A stretch of 62,992 bases of DNA, filler included, from Octopus bimaculoides (taxonomy: Eukaryota): assembly GCF_001194135.2 (NCBI RefSeq). It is 7 parts of 6 records of this genome, joined end to end, with 100 filler letters (N's around TTAATTAATTAA, not from the genome) between each part and the next. Parts side by side here need not be neighbours in the genome. Positions count along the whole stretch, not along the records: positions 12,102 to 28,110 come from NC_068981.1; positions 28,211 to 39,027 come from NC_069002.1; positions 39,128 to 43,519 come from NC_068999.1; 4 more parts are not named here. One strand, 5' to 3'. The position numbers were made by a program, and so were the translations under genes. Shown here piece after piece: positions 23,995 through 39,134 of this stretch. The notes under the pieces were generated by a model. That model saw nothing but the letters and a program-made list of their open reading frames with translations, was not told where the DNA came from and did not search any database. The stretch's first letter is position 1. The number at the start of each line of letters is the position of its first letter.

Positions 23995-24205
23995 GTGTGT
24001 GAGCATTTTTCTGTATTTGTACCTCACCACCGTTTGACAACCGATATTGCTGGAGTATTTACGTCCTCGTAACTTGCCGGTTCGGAAAAAGAGTCTGAAA
24101 GAATAAGTATCAGGTTTAAAAAATAATTTGATTAAAAATTCTTCAATGCGATGCTCCAGCAAAGCCGCAGTCTAATGACTGAAACAGGTAAAAGATAAAA
24201 GATAG
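23995..24205 (+). mobile_element. CORE-type SINE 3' half (a 5' half remnant lies at ~23065-23185)
   Basis: accaccgtttgacaaccga..cggttcggaaaaagag..gctccagca..gtctaatgactgaaacaggtaaaaga. Confidence 0.75.
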
Positions 24206-24647
24206 TGTAACGTAGGAGATCTTAAACAAACCGCCGAAAAGAAATATTTAACCTAAATACATATGCATTTAACCAAGAGAAACGATATGCTTTTTGACAC
24301 GTTAATGGAGACAGCATAGACCGAAACAACCCAAGTTCAGACCTTTTCTTCTCCTTGGTGTACATCAGAGATCCAGAAAGACGTATTTCAATCAGACATG
24401 TTTGAGTCAATTATTTTTGACAGTGGCATCTACATGGTTCACTGCATTGTTCTAGAAACCTAGTTCCACAGTTCATTCAATTTGCAATATTCCAGTTTCC
24501 ATTAGAAAGGATTATGTTAGCAGTATTGATATCAACAGCGAGATGACAATAGTTTCTGAAACTTCTATTTCATTTGTTTAGAAGAAAAATAAAAAATGTG
24601 GTGGCCTGTTCATGCCTATGTTGTGAGAAAATTGTGTTTGTAGGCGG

Positions 24648-24970
24648 TGAAGGCGCATGGCTTAATGGGTTAGGGCATTCGGCTCATGATCGTAAAGACG
24701 TGAGCCTGATTCCCGATGGCGTGTTGTATCTTTGAGCAAGACACTTTATTTCATCTTTCTCCAGTCCACTCAGCTGGCAAAAATGAGCAGTACCTGTATT
24801 TGAAAGGGCCAGCATTGTCACATTCTGTGTCATGCTGAATCTACCCGTGAACTACGTTAAGGGTACGAGTGTATGTGTAGTGCTCGGCCACATGCACGTT
24901 AATTTTACGAGCAGGTTGTTCCGTCGATCGGATCAGCGGTAACCATCGTTGTTATAACAGACGGATTGTT
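24648..24970 (+). mobile_element. tRNA SINE of a third type (Meta/CORE-like body, tail T1)
   Basis: tgaaggcgcatggcttaatgg..ttgagcaagacactttatttca..ctccagtccactcagctgg..aaagggccagc..aactacgttaagggtac..cacgttaattttacgagcagg. Confidence 0.8.
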
Positions 24971-25159
24971 AGTTTCTTGGTGATTTGGGTATTTCCAAAT
25001 GGTGATGGGATTATATCGAGTGAACATGAACTTATAAATCAAGCTTTTCGCAGCTTGTTGGATACTTCAAATTTCATAGACCCTATCAATGATTACCTAC
25101 TGAGATGAAGATAATTTGTAAGATTATTAAATAAAAATTCTAAACAGTCATAACTTTAG

Positions 25160-25213
<54 letters not shown>

Positions 25214-27030
25214 ACTCTCTCTCTCACTCTCTCTCGTAATTTGACGTCGAAAAAGAGATGTCTTATAGTGTTATAGCCAAGATTAAATAAGGCTAACGGA
25301 CTTTGTAATCGTAACAAGTATTTGAATAAACTATTCATATAAACGCATATTTCAGACGATATTGTTACAGGAGATTATTGTGACAAATATGTTACTGTAA
25401 CAAAAATAAAACAGATCAGACGACACTACTTTTGCATATACTTTTCCATCCATCCGTACGCCATTGCAACTTTCAGATCTGGTGGTTTTACAGTTACAAT
25501 CATAACATTTCAATATCAGTCATTGAGTAAAATAGTTCTAAAAGGATCTATTTGCGTCTGAGGGACTCTGAGTGCCTCAGAGGGTGCTGAATGTTACGAA
25601 ACAATATTGATGTTTTTTTTGGTAGAGGTTTTTTCATAATTTTTGTACTAAATTCTATTAAATTCACAGATTTCTTTCAGCTACGTAAATATATTTTTCA
25701 TCATTTATCAACATCACGAACAATGACAACAACTCTTGTCAAGCAAAGCAAGGATAAGCACACCCATATGTATACATAAATGCATGCATGAGTGTGCGTC
25801 TGTGTATGCGTACGCGCGTGAGTATGAGAGTATGAACCTGTGTGGGTGCGCGCATATGAGTGTGTATGAGTTTGTATGTATGAGCTATGTATTTTTTTAT
25901 GTATGTACTGAACGATGTAAGTATGTATAAATGCATTTATGTATATACATTTATCTCAGGTTACCTGTGAGTGCTACTGATAAGATCTAACCTAGTAAAA
26001 CCTGTTTCATTGGTTGGGTCATTGAAGAACAAGTTGGGACACCCACCAGGCTAGAAATTATGTAGGACAAAACCAAGGCCTGTCAAAATGATGGATGAAC
26101 CCAGAGTATGCACCACGACAACCCAGCAACAGTGCGTAAAAAAGTGCATGTGACTATAACACCTAAAAGCAAATGTAACCTATCCTCAGGCATACCTGTG
26201 TATAATGTATTTGTATGTATGTATGCATGAGTGATACAGCCAAATACTGATTGTGTGAGGTTATTATTGTTTTTGTTCTTTTGTTTTTTTTCTTTGTTTT
26301 TTTTTTTGTTGATCTCGGAATAAACTTTTTAAAGTGAAAAAATTAAATTTTACAAATCGTTCTTAAATTAAATGGCGCTAAAATGTATGAAAATAAAGAT
26401 TTATTTCTCATTTAAAATTATGTTGACGTTACGCTGTAAATTTTCTTTATTTTGATATACATCTTAATTCATAATTTACAACTTGAATATATAAAGAATG
26501 CCATTTTAACATTAGTATAGTAGCGTTCTTAAAATAAATGGCGCCACTGTATAATACTTAAATATAAACCTGAAGCTATCCGATGTTATATTCTGTATTA
26601 CCAGCAGCTCTCAATACATCATTTCAATACATCATATCACACAGCAGCAAATATGCATTGATGTAGATTTTCCTTTGATGATCTGAAGGAAAACGTGCAC
26701 AATACCAAAGGTTGCAATTCTGCATTGCATCTAACCGAGAAGAGATACATATGAAATTGTTATAAAAGCTGTAAATCATCACAGCTGAGCTACAAAAAAT
26801 TATCTTCCTTTTACTGTTAATAAGCAAAGAATATATTCATTATTAATCTGAGCTCCCTACTATACATACGTGTGCACTTCCACTTCATACACGCCAGCTC
26901 AGTTTCATTCGTTCCCAGTCGAAAGACACCTGTTGTTATTTTTTGTTGCTTGTAGTCGTAATTGTGTACCATGTTCTCCGTTTTTTTTTTTGGTTGCTTG
27001 TTTTTTTGTCTTTGTTGCCGTACACATTCA

Positions 27031-27310
27031 CTAGCTTTCTTACAAAAGGTTCATCCAACTGTTCTTCCAGTTCGCAGCACGCATTCAGTTGTAACTACTT
27101 TTGATCTCCCGTGAGCAAGCAAGGCACAAATTTTGCTGCAACTCTTTTCATTCGGAATTCCTCGCTCAAAATTCGCTGACAGGAGCTCCAGGACACACCA
27201 GTCATACCAACAAGTTCGTCAGTTGTTCGGCGATGGTCCTCCAAGATCAGTTCATGAATTTTCGTTATGTTTTCATTTGTTCGAGAGATCGACGGTAGCC
27301 CTCAACGAGG
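27031..27310 (-). mobile_element. Mariner transposase fragment
   Basis: PSISRTNENITKIHELILEDHRRTTDELVGMTGVSWSSCQRILSEEFRMKRVAAKFVPCLLTGDQK (WVPxxL-type motif). Confidence 0.85.
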
Positions 27311-27530
27311 TTGGTATTCAAGCTTAGACCTTTTGGTGGGGGCAACCAGAGTGAACCATCTCAAGTGTAACTGCCCGAAATGGTCGTGACTTCTGAAACT
27401 TGACTGAGGAAAGAAAGCCACGAATGACCCGTCTTTTTTTGCCTGTCCTTCTAACTGTTGTTTCTCTTGTCCGCCTTCGTATCGTCTATCTGTCCTAATG
27501 CTTTAATGTCCTCTATTGCGTTTTTGTTCC

Positions 27531-27618
<88 letters not shown>

Positions 27619-29800
27619 GACAGACAGACAGACAGATGGAGATAGAGACAGAGTGGGGGAGAGAGATTACCTACAGGTACACTATGGAATCTAAAATTTT
27701 GTATATCAAACTATAATTATATGTTTAAAATATGCGCAATTCTACAGTGGAATGGCTTGTGGGCAAGAAGAAAGGGGTCAAATCGCATGGAAACTAGTAA
27801 AACCGGTTTCTAACCCATCTTTCTTCGTCTGTCTCTGCTTTTAACCGATATTCTATATAGAAAAATAACATTCCGTAACAATTCCAAAAATGCTGCTTGG
27901 CTTACAAACTTTAACCTTCCTTAAAAAAAATGTAATTTTTAATAGTTGTCAAACTACTTCTACTATGCTAATTAGCTTATCTACATGTCACCTCAGTACT
28001 ATGTTTCTCTGTATTTATATAACATGCTATCCATTTACAAATGCGGCGGCGGTGTTAAGCAGTAACTGATGCTGGCTAACGAATCTAAAATTAAATTCTA
28101 ATGTATTCATNNNNNNNNNNNNNNNNNNNNNNNNNNNNNNNNNNNNNNNNNNNNTTAATTAATTAANNNNNNNNNNNNNNNNNNNNNNNNNNNNNNNNNN
28201 NNNNNNNNNNTATATATATATGCATACATACATAGCCTCTAGCATCTACGTTTCATGTGCCCCTTTCGTAGCAGATATCTTTTAACTACAAATTACTGTA
28301 TGAAACATAGTAACATATGCATACACATACACCACTGTCTCGTCTCCTGTTTTATTGTTCAGGCAGCGCACATGTGTCCTAATTAATTGTTTATTAATTA
28401 GCAAGAAACATTTTTTTTTTCATTTATTAATTATTAAGAAGCAAAGAGACGAGCTGACAGAATCGTTACAGTGTCGGAGAATCTGCTGTGAGGTATTTGT
28501 TGAGGCTCTTTAGAGTTATCGAGAGGGTGTGAGAAGAGAGAAGGAGAGCGAGAAAGATGAGGAGAGGGTTTTGATGAAAGCGAATTTTTGATGACGTGTG
28601 TGTGTCTGGAGGTAGGGAGGGCTATAAATTTAATTATGAAAATAAGCTCACTTTTACTGATGAGGTTTAGCAGTGATGTTTTGCAAGTGGTATATCAAAG
28701 AATTGTAGAGCTTTTGGTAGTTTTGCTTCTAGTTAATCAACCGATGTTAAATACAAACCGAAAACCTTGCCCGGATGTTTAAATGAAACCAAGGAAAGGC
28801 AATGGTGAAAATTGAGAGATGAACTCCGTCGGTCATTCAAATAGGTTTGGTGGGGTTTGAACACAGAACGTAATAGGCCGGGGTAAAAAAAAAATAGCCA
28901 AAAGCAGCCCGGCCTGACGTTTTTTTTTTTTTATTCCACCATTCTCTCTCTCTCACACACAAACAGTATTTCTTTATTTCACTTTACAAACCAATTTTCC
29001 AATATAGATATGTGTTTATCTGCCTCTCTACGTATTTATATATTTGTGTGTCTCTTTATGCAAACGAGAAGTGAATGGTTGAGACGACATAATTTTTGTT
29101 CAAAATTCTCCCTTTCTTTCCCAGTATCTCTTTCTCTTTCACTGTTCACCACTCTCTCTTTCTCTCCATCCTTCCCTCTCTCTCTTTCTCTCTCGCTCTC
29201 TCTCTTCTATTCTGCTTTCACCTTACTCTCCCCATCTTCTCCATTTACCTAGCAGCGCGTTCTCATTAGCATTCCATGATTAAGCATTTTTAATTACATA
29301 GAAAAATGCGAGCAAGTGAAATAATATTCGTAAGATTATAGACCTGGAAAAGTACAGGACAAATTATGACACTTGGAAAAGTTCAGGATACTTATTACAT
29401 CTGGTGAAGTACAGAACAAGAAAATTTTTTACATAAAATATTGCAGCTAAGGATAGAATTTCAAATAAAATATTTAGATTTAGAAAATATTAGCTTTTAT
29501 TAAAACTAAAAATTTCATTACAAGTTATTACTTCTATTTGTGATTACTTGTTACTTCTATTTACAATAAAAATAACTCAAAATATTTCTTGCACTTTAAA
29601 AAAAATTCATTTTTTAAAATTATTAATTAATAATTCGAAATTTGAAAAGAGGATTGGGTTACTGGATACGTTTTAACCTACAGTTAGGCAACAGCTTACT
29701 ACAACATTTACTTAAAAACTCTATTACGTCGGAGTGGTGGGAAGAGTGACAACGGTGTCAGAGGCCTTCATTAATGTTTAATTACGTCACATATATATTT

Positions 29801-30078
29801 AACTGCGGCCATGCTGAAGCACCGCCTTTAGTCGAGCAAATCGACTCCAGGACTTATTCTTTGTAAGCCTAGTACTTATTCTATCGGTCTTTTTTGCCGA
29901 ACCGCTACATATATACGACTGGCTTCTTTCAGTTTCCGTCTACCAAATCCCCTGACAAGGCTTTGGTCGGCCCGAGGCTATAGTAGAAGGCACTTGCCCA
30001 AGATGCCACGCAGTGGGACTGAACCCGGAACCATGTGGTTTGTAAGCAAGTTACTTAGCACACAGCCACTCCTGCGCC
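29801..30078 (-). mobile_element. CORE-type SINE with an internal deletion
   Basis: Matches both halves of the 21418 copy; the segment between gaaccgcta and the microsatellite is missing. Confidence 0.9.
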
Positions 30079-30129
30079 AGTATTCGTGAATGATGCAATT
30101 GAAGAGATTGAAATGAAACTTATAATTGC

Positions 30130-30660
30130 AGTCACTGGGGCACAATAATGCGCAAGCTCCAGCGTTCGAACCTCGGAAAAGTAGAGCCTGGCAAAATGTC
30201 AAACTCGTTATCCCCGGTTCGGTTTTCATGTCTGTCCTCACCGACACACATAGACGTTGGTTAATGACCGACAGTGTACGAATCGCGAATAGAAGTGGTC
30301 GAAATGAGATTAATCTGCAAGGGTCTCTTGAGATCAGGGAATATCACCAGGTCAAGTTTCTACTTCTCTACATGAAGAGGTCACAGTTTCGATACTACGG
30401 ACGTGATGAGAATGTAGCAGGAAAGAATCGTAAGACAGATTATCCCGGCCGAGCCAACCAGCAGGTTACTCAGGGATAAACAAAGAACGAAATGATTAGG
30501 TAACATTCATAGGCATGGTTGGTCACGCTTGGAAATCGAGCAGGAAATTATAATGATGGTTGATTCTGAGAGGACCCTATAGAAGATGTGCCTAATGACT
30601 CAACCCCCACGACTCACGTAGGAATAATGGGCACAGAATATGACGGGTTGGAGGGATGAA
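30130..30660 (+). mobile_element. Decayed RTE-like LINE C-terminal remnant
   Basis: MKRSQFRYYG followed by a pattern resembling the RTE KRQLRYxGH..G..GRPR..W segment. Weak match. Confidence 0.4.
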
Positions 30661-31957
30661 CGTACATATTTTCAATGAGCTGCATAACGAAGGAACAATA
30701 ATTTTAAGCGCAGCTTTAGTTTTCCTTCGAATATATAACGACTATCGAAGATAGCATCAGTTAATTATCGTTGAAACCGGGAATAGAAACAAACATATTT
30801 CTTATAGTTATGAGCTAATTCTATTACATTTTGTACCGTAATAATGTATAAATTTGATTATAGCGTACGTGCATATAATGTATTCAGATTGTATTAGCAC
30901 GAGTTATATTTGGAATATGATCACTTCTGTTTTATCAGTTAAATAAACACTTCCATCGGTTTCTAAAAAAAAAAAACCACCTAAATTTGATTCTTTGTAA
31001 CAATGTCTTAATATTGGTAACTTGTCAAAGTTATATACTGTTACATTGTACAAGTATTTCAGAATAATGTAAGATGTTTTACATCTGATACCGTTAAAAA
31101 TTCACCGAATTTGTTTTACTTTTATAACAATATGAGTTTACTGAACAATACGAGCTCAGTGAACAGGTGTAGCTAAAGACAAAGAAAAATTTTAGGAAAA
31201 TTTATGGCAAATGTAAATTTTGGGAATTGCATAAAAACATCGATGGAGAAATATTACTGATAGAATAAAACGAAATGTAGTTAAAAATTCTGCTTCCTAA
31301 CTATACTATTGCTGGTTCAATCTAAGACTGTGGTGCCGTTGTTATAGATTTTTTTTTAAAGTTATAGCCTCGAGTTGACTATAAAACCTTGGACGTGAAA
31401 TGATATGGTTGGAAACTGTACGAAATCCAGTTGAAAAGAATCTTCGTTTACTTAGTGCGGCGCACTTTATCCAATAACCGTTCGCTTCCATCACTTCGTC
31501 CTCGAGTGTCTTCAAGGATGATCAGTCTGTGACAATTACTGAGACAAGTCAAGGTTGAGAGGATAATATTCTTTCTTCCATGAGTCTCCATATATATATA
31601 TATATATATGTATATATGNNNNNNNNNNNNNNNNNNNNNNNNNNNNNNNNNNNNNNNNNNNNNNNNNNNNNNNNNNNNNNNNNNNNNNNNNNNNNNNNNN
31701 NNNNNNNNNNNNNNNNNNNNNNNNNNNNNNNNNNNNNNNNNNNNNNNNNNNNNNNNNNNNNNNNNNNNNNNNNNNNNNNNNNNNNNNNNNNNNNNNNNNN
31801 NNNNNNNNNNNNNNNNNNNNNNNNNNNNNNNNNNNNNNNNNNNNNNNNNNNNNNNNNNNNNNNNNNNNNNNNNNNNNNNNNNNNNNNNNNNNNNNNNNNN
31901 NNNNNNNNNNNNNNNNNNNNNNNNNNNNNNNNNNNNNNNNNNNNNNNNNNNNNNNNN

Positions 31958-32004
<47 letters not shown>

Positions 32005-32943
32005 AGTGTGTTAGTGTTTTCTGTTTCTGTTTATGCCCCTCTACCACTTGATATATTGTGTTGGTCTGTTTAAGGCCCCGTAAATTAGCGGTTCGGCAGA
32101 AGAAAACGATATTATAAGCAGCAGTATTTAAAACCATTAGTACTGGTGTCTGTTTGTCTCACTAAGTTAGGTTCACTACCTCAAACAATCTATTTCCAAT
32201 CTATTTCACACTTCGTACATTTAAAACGTTGCATTTTTAAGAAAATACATTATACTTATTTTATTTTATTCTTATATTACCCCTTAATTTTTCCAGCAGT
32301 CGTAGATGTCTGGTCCCTTTTTAATCCAGCAGATATATCATCTGAAAATAAATTCGCTAGTTTTTCGTTTCTGTCCTGTACTATTTATAATAACACCTCT
32401 AGACATAAGCAACACGTATCAGTTCCTTATCTTTATAACTTTAAATCAGAGTCGTTTATTTATAGACTAATCTCGTTACTCAACTACATACTTCTATTGT
32501 AACCAATGTCTGTTGAAACTTCCACAAGACTTATTAAATACACTCCACCATTTGACTTTTCTGCAGCAAGACTCAATTTTATTGTGTGTTTCAAATAAAA
32601 GCACAATAATATTTCGATGTATATTTCTGGAGGAATGTGAAAGAATCTGCTGATTAGCATTTACATATTCCTATCTATTCTATTCTCCCAGTTGGGAGGA
32701 TTTGTGTTATACAAGAAACTGACGATGGACCACAATTTGGTCCCAGGATTTTCGTTAAGTTTTAAACGTGAAAGGAATATACAGGAATATTTGTAAGCTG
32801 ACGCTTGAAAATGTATATTACGCAAATAAGGAGCCATTCTGAAATATCAGCTTGAATAAACTATCTATAAGGAAGGTAAGAGTACGATGATGATGATGAT
32901 GACGATGATGATGATGATGACGACGACGATGATGATGATGATT

Positions 32944-32975
<32 letters not shown>

Positions 32976-33361
32976 GGTGGTGGTGNNNNNNNNNNNNNNN
33001 NNNNNNNNNNNNNNNNNNNNNNNNNNNNNNNNNNNNNNNNNNNNNNNNNNNNNNNNNNNNNNNNNNNNNNNNNNNNNNNNNNNNNNNNNNNNNNNNNNNN
33101 NNNNNNNNNNNNNNNNNNNNNNNNNNNNNNNNNNNNNNNNNNNNNNNNNNNNNNNNNNNNNNNNNNNNNNNNNNNNNNNNNNNNNNNNNNNNNNNNNNNN
33201 NNNNNNNNNNNNNNNNNNNNNNNNNNNNNNNNNNNNNNNNNNNNNNNNNNNNNNNNNNNNNNNNNNNNNNNNGAGGAGGAGGAAAAGAGAGAGAAACGAA
33301 GAAGAAGAAGAAGAAGAAGAAGAAGAAGAAGAACAACAACAACAACAACAACAACAACAGC

Positions 33362-33403
<42 letters not shown>

Positions 33404-33815
33404 ACGGCAACAAGGATGGGAGACGATGAGAAGCGATGACAGAAACAAAAGAAAAAGAAAAGTAAAGAAAGATTAAATAACAAAACAAAAAGCATTGTCG
33501 TTTGCTTAACTAAATTATTAGGATCTGTTAATTTTCAGTGAGGAAGACATCTAATTAATTTTGGTAAATAATTAAAACACATAATGCTATCCAATTCCAC
33601 AACAACATGCATCTAATCATAGATTCTAGAGAGAGATATTTTATTTTTTTTGGTAAGGTGCCGATCAGAATGTGATATTGTCAAACAAATCGGATTGTGA
33701 TGTTGTTGTAAAATTAGATTAACCCCATTAATGAATGATATTCACAGCACTTTTACTTACTTTCAGCAGAGGCTTCCATACGATGAGTGGTATACCCGTA
33801 CAGACATACGCAAGC

Positions 33816-33847
<32 letters not shown>

Positions 33848-33946
33848 GCATGCGCGCACGCAAAAACATACACACACGCGTGCAGACTCAAATTCCTGAG
33901 TAATTATACATGGATACATATATGTAGATATATATAAATAAGTATT

Positions 33947-34024
<78 letters not shown>

Positions 34025-34182
34025 TGTACGTATGTATGTTTGTATATATGTATGCACATATATAGACATGAAGGAAAACATGCCTGTATACTTTAGTATA
34101 TAATATATATGTATACAACATATATATAGTTACTTATGTATATGTGTTAGGTGTGTGTGTATAAACAATGGAAATGCGTGTG

Positions 34183-34240
<58 letters not shown>

Positions 34241-34660
34241 CAGATCTTTTGAGATATATACCTGTTGTATGTATGTGTATATGTATATATGTATATATGT
34301 ATATGAATGTATATATGTGTGTATGCACGTATGCATGTATATATACACATATAAGTAAACATATATACATGAAAGATGAAGCTGCTAATCATTGTCTATC
34401 ACAGTAGCAATGCTGTACATTTAATCACGAGAAAACACAATTTCACATTGCTACAGCAGATATATTCATTAACTGAATGTGACGTCGCGTATCAATTAAA
34501 CTGAAACTAAATTTTCATCTCAGGTAACAGGCGATTCGTTTGATTCTCTCTCTTTGCACACACTGTTTGATGTGTATGTATGTCTGTGACCATAACGGCA
34601 CAGGCATATACACAAATGCACACGCGCGTGCACCCCCCACACATATACAAACGCACATAC

Positions 34661-34691
<31 letters not shown>

Positions 34692-34818
34692 TATATATAT
34701 ATATATATGCATATATGTATACACACACATACATATCTATACACACATATAAATATGTGTATGTTTTGATATATATATACATATATACATATATATATAT
34801 ATATGTATTATATAGATA

Positions 34819-34857
<39 letters not shown>

Positions 34858-34870
34858 ATATGTATATATA

Positions 34871-34931
<61 letters not shown>

Positions 34932-35257
34932 ATACACATAAATACATATAAACACACACACACACGCACATCTGTAGTGCTTTATATCTGCTACCTAATT
35001 AATTAATCATGAAAGCAATCATACAGACATACGTAAGCAATTTTTTTTAGAAGACTTGGAAGACTTTACGAAATCTTTGGTAAAGATCTGTCAAATTTGT
35101 CTGATAAATCATTTGCTAAGTTTATTAATTAATTAGGTTTGCTGATCAGACTTACAGTGAGCTTTCGTAAAAATCTATGTTCACAGTTTTCTCATTTCAC
35201 GCATTGATTACACTGTTGTTATAATTACTTGATCTATATGTGTGTGTATGTGCATAC

Positions 35258-35290
<33 letters not shown>

Positions 35291-36024
35291 NNNNNNNNNN
35301 NNNNNNNNNNNNNNNNNNNNNNNNNNNNNNNNNNNNNNNNNNNNNNNNNNNNNNNNNNNNNNNNNNNNNNNNNNNNNNNNNNNNNNNNNNNNNNNNNNNN
35401 NNNNNNNNNNNNNNNNNNNNNNNNNNNNNNNNNNNNNNNNNNNNNNNNNNNNNNNNNNNNNNNNNNNNNNNNNNNNNNNNNNNNNNNNNNNNNNNNNNNN
35501 NNNNNNNNNNNNNNNNNNNNNNNNNNNNNNNNNNNNNNNNNNNNNNNNNNNNNNNNNNNNNNNNNNNNNNNNNNNNNNNNNNNNNNNNNNNNNNNNNNNN
35601 NNNNNNNNNNNNNNNNNNNNNNNNNNNNNNNNNNNNNNNNNNNNNNNNNNNNNNNNNNNNNNNNNNNNNNNNNNNNNNNNNNNNNNNNNNNNNNNNNNNN
35701 NNNNNNNNNNNNNNNNNNNNNNNNNNNNNNNNNNNNNNNNNNNNNNNNNNNNNNNNNNNNNNNNNNNNNNNNNNNNNNNNNNNNNNNNNNNNNNNNNNNN
35801 NNNNNNNNNNNNNNNNNNNNNNNNNNNNNNNNNNNNNNNNNNNNNNNNNNNNNNNNNNNNNNNNNNNNNNNNNNNNNNNNNNNNNNNNNNNNNNNNNNNN
35901 NNNNNNNNNNNNNNNNNNNNNNNNNNNNNNNNNNNNNNNNNNNNNNNNNNNNNNNNNNNNNNNNNNNNNNNNNNNNNNNNNNNNNNNNNNNNNNNNNNNN
36001 NNNNNNNNNNNNNNNNNNNNNNNN

Positions 36025-36063
<39 letters not shown>

Positions 36064-36083
36064 TACATATATACATATATATA

Positions 36084-36238
36084 CGACGGGCTTCTTTCAG
36101 TTTCCGTCTACCAATTCCACTCACAAGGCTTTGGTCAGCCCGAGGCTATAGTAGAAGACACTTGCCACGCAGTGGGACTAAACTCGGAACCATGTGGTAG
36201 GTAAGCAAGCTACTTACCACACAGCCACTCCTGCGCCT
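36084..36238 (-). mobile_element. CORE-type SINE 5' half next to a gap
   Basis: cgacgggcttctttcagtttccgtctacc..cacacagccactcctgcgcc, with a short deletion between gcc microhomologies. Confidence 0.9.
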
Positions 36239-36762
36239 ATGTAATATTATGAACTAATATTTTTCCTCCACATTCTTCATATTTATGTCTTGTATTATTA
36301 GCATTACTTGTAGTGATATGTCCCTGCGGTGAATGCATAGGAAGTCGACGCGAATGTTTTGTACATATTTATATGGTAATATAATTTGAAATATAAAATT
36401 TATTATATTAATATTTGCATTAACATATGTAAATTAAATTGTTTGTCTGAAATATGATCTCTGGCATGTAGTTTCGTAGTTTCATAGATGATATGAGGTT
36501 TCATGTTTTTTTTTCTTTTTTAATTGTTTTTAGTGAATTTATAATATAGTTTGACTGTTTATGGTTTGGGAAGGTTTAAAAAAATTGTTTAACTAATATA
36601 TTCAACAATACTTTAACTAGGGGCATTTGCTTCACTTGTTATATTTCTTAATTTTAACTTAAAGACAGGCTTGATTTAATTTGCCGGTTTGAAAAAAAAA
36701 TGGGAAGTTTTGCCATATATAAATAAAAGGAGATACTCAGTACACACAATGGCATACACACA

Positions 36763-36794
<32 letters not shown>

Positions 36795-36925
36795 NNNNNN
36801 NNNNNNNNNNNNNNNNNNNNNNNNNNNNNNNNNNNNNNNNNNNNNNNNNNNNNNNNNNNNNNNNNNNNATGTATGTATCTATGTATGCATAAATGCGTCT
36901 GTGTCTATATGTGTGTGTATATATG

Positions 36926-36959
<34 letters not shown>

Positions 36960-36974
36960 CATGCACACACACAC

Positions 36975-37013
<39 letters not shown>

Positions 37014-37133
37014 GAGAGAGAGGGAGAGAGAGAGGGAGAGAGTGAGATGGGGTGATAGATAGATAGATAGATACATAGATAGATAGATGGATGGATGGAT
37101 GGGTACTGAGAGGAAATGTGTGTGCCTGTGTGT

Positions 37134-37175
<42 letters not shown>

Positions 37176-38232
37176 GACAGACAGACAGAAAGAAAGATAA
37201 ACAGACAGCTTTCTTATCACCGTCTACTAAAAATTACATATGCTAAATTTGTTTCATATATGTATAGACTTCCTCTTTAATAAATTTGAATTCAATTCGT
37301 TTACAATTCTATTGTTTGTGATAAAACTTATATCAGATAAGAATCGTAGCTTCTAGCACAAACTACACCTTTACCGAATCTTTTATTATTTCATTATTTT
37401 ATTGCAATCGTATACTTGCTATTCTGGCACATTCTATTTTAATAGTCGTTTCTGAAATATTCTTCTGTATTGCGAAACGAAATAAATTTGTTGCAGGAAA
37501 TATTTAGTTTTGTTCACTGTATTATTGTTTCAATCAGACTATTGGATGTTGTTATATATTGTACATTTCACTTGGTGGCATTCCGTTGGCTAGGTGATAC
37601 GGCCAATGATCCTTCGAACGGAACGCTAATTCGTTGCAGGTTACCCTTTAGTTACCTTTTACAGCTGGGTGAACTTGGATCAACGTGAAATAAAGAGTTT
37701 TACTAAAGAACATGACACACCTGCTGATCTGGGAAACGAAACCACGATTTAGTGATTGTGGTTTCGTAAGTGTAACACTCTCACTACTAGGCCACGCGTC
37801 TTTACATTATTTTCAATATAAATAGCAAACATATCAGTCAGCTCAAGGTACATCGGAGATTTACAAATCGGTATTTCTGAACTTTGTATTATTCAAACCG
37901 TAAAACAAGGTACGGTACCAAACTTCTTGTGGTTACAATCAGTAAAAAAATGCTGTTCCCCTAATTCACCATTAGTTTCCTTAACCTGGATTTGAACCTT
38001 ACACAATGGACTGCAGGTGTATAAAATAACTATATATACGCTATATACATACTGCGATTTCATGATTACTGCAAATAATCATCTTTTACTTTTAATTGTT
38101 TCACTTATTACATTGCGGCCATGCTGCAGCATCTCCCATAAATACCAAGTAGATACCACGGCACTGCAAGCATATACTCTTAAGGAGGTATTAAATAATG
38201 TAATTTAAGATACAAGGGGACAGCGTACTTAT

Positions 38233-38452
38233 AAAATTAACGTGTGACTGACTGAGTGCACCTCTCAGAGAGATTCAGTCTGTGACATGTAACAAACCTG
38301 GCCCTTTGAATTACAGGTGCAAATCATTTCTACCAGCTGAGTAAATTGGAGCAACATGAAGAATGTGTTTTGCTGAAGGAGACAGCGCACCACCAGGTAT
38401 CGAATGCAAAATCTTGAACCGACTACCCGAACCGCTTAGCCACGCACCTTCA
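38233..38452 (-). mobile_element. Diverged third-type SINE (same head and tail as 24648)
   Basis: The reverse complement reads TGAAGGTGCGTGGC..CTCCAATTTACTCAGCTGG..TTCAAAGGGCCAG..CACGTTAATTTT. Confidence 0.7.
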
Positions 38453-38926
38453 CTACAACGAAGAAATAACACTAACAACAACAACAACAATAATTAGTTT
38501 GTGATGAATGAAAAATATATCAAAATGTCATTTAATAGATTGTGCGTCTAGAATTATGGCGGCAACTGCGACATATTAACGGTTTTCTAACATTCATTTT
38601 CACATTTAGTTTATTCACCTCATTCCACCCTACAACGTACCTCACCCATTCCTTTACTTCTTCATTTTCTTTCTAAATTGTGATCCCACCGGGGTCACCT
38701 TGGCCTTTCATCAATCTGATGGAGATGAAACAAATTCCAATGATTCGCTGCAATAGATTCCATCGACCAGTTCCTCCTTCTCCTACCAATGATCCGCCTC
38801 CTCCTACTACCACCACGTTGTTCCTTTGCCAAAATATTTATGGCGCCGCTGCTTTATATCAGTCTTATCGAATCAATATTTACATCCTTCATTAATGCTT
38901 CATAATAATAATAATAATATGACTAT

Positions 38927-38958
<32 letters not shown>

Positions 38959-39134
38959 GTGGCGGCGCTAGTGATGGTGGTGGTGGTGGCGCTGGCAGTT
39001 CTGGTGCTGGCGGTGGGGGTGGGGGTGNNNNNNNNNNNNNNNNNNNNNNNNNNNNNNNNNNNNNNNNNNNNTTAATTAATTAANNNNNNNNNNNNNNNNN
39101 NNNNNNNNNNNNNNNNNNNNNNNNNNNCCAAACG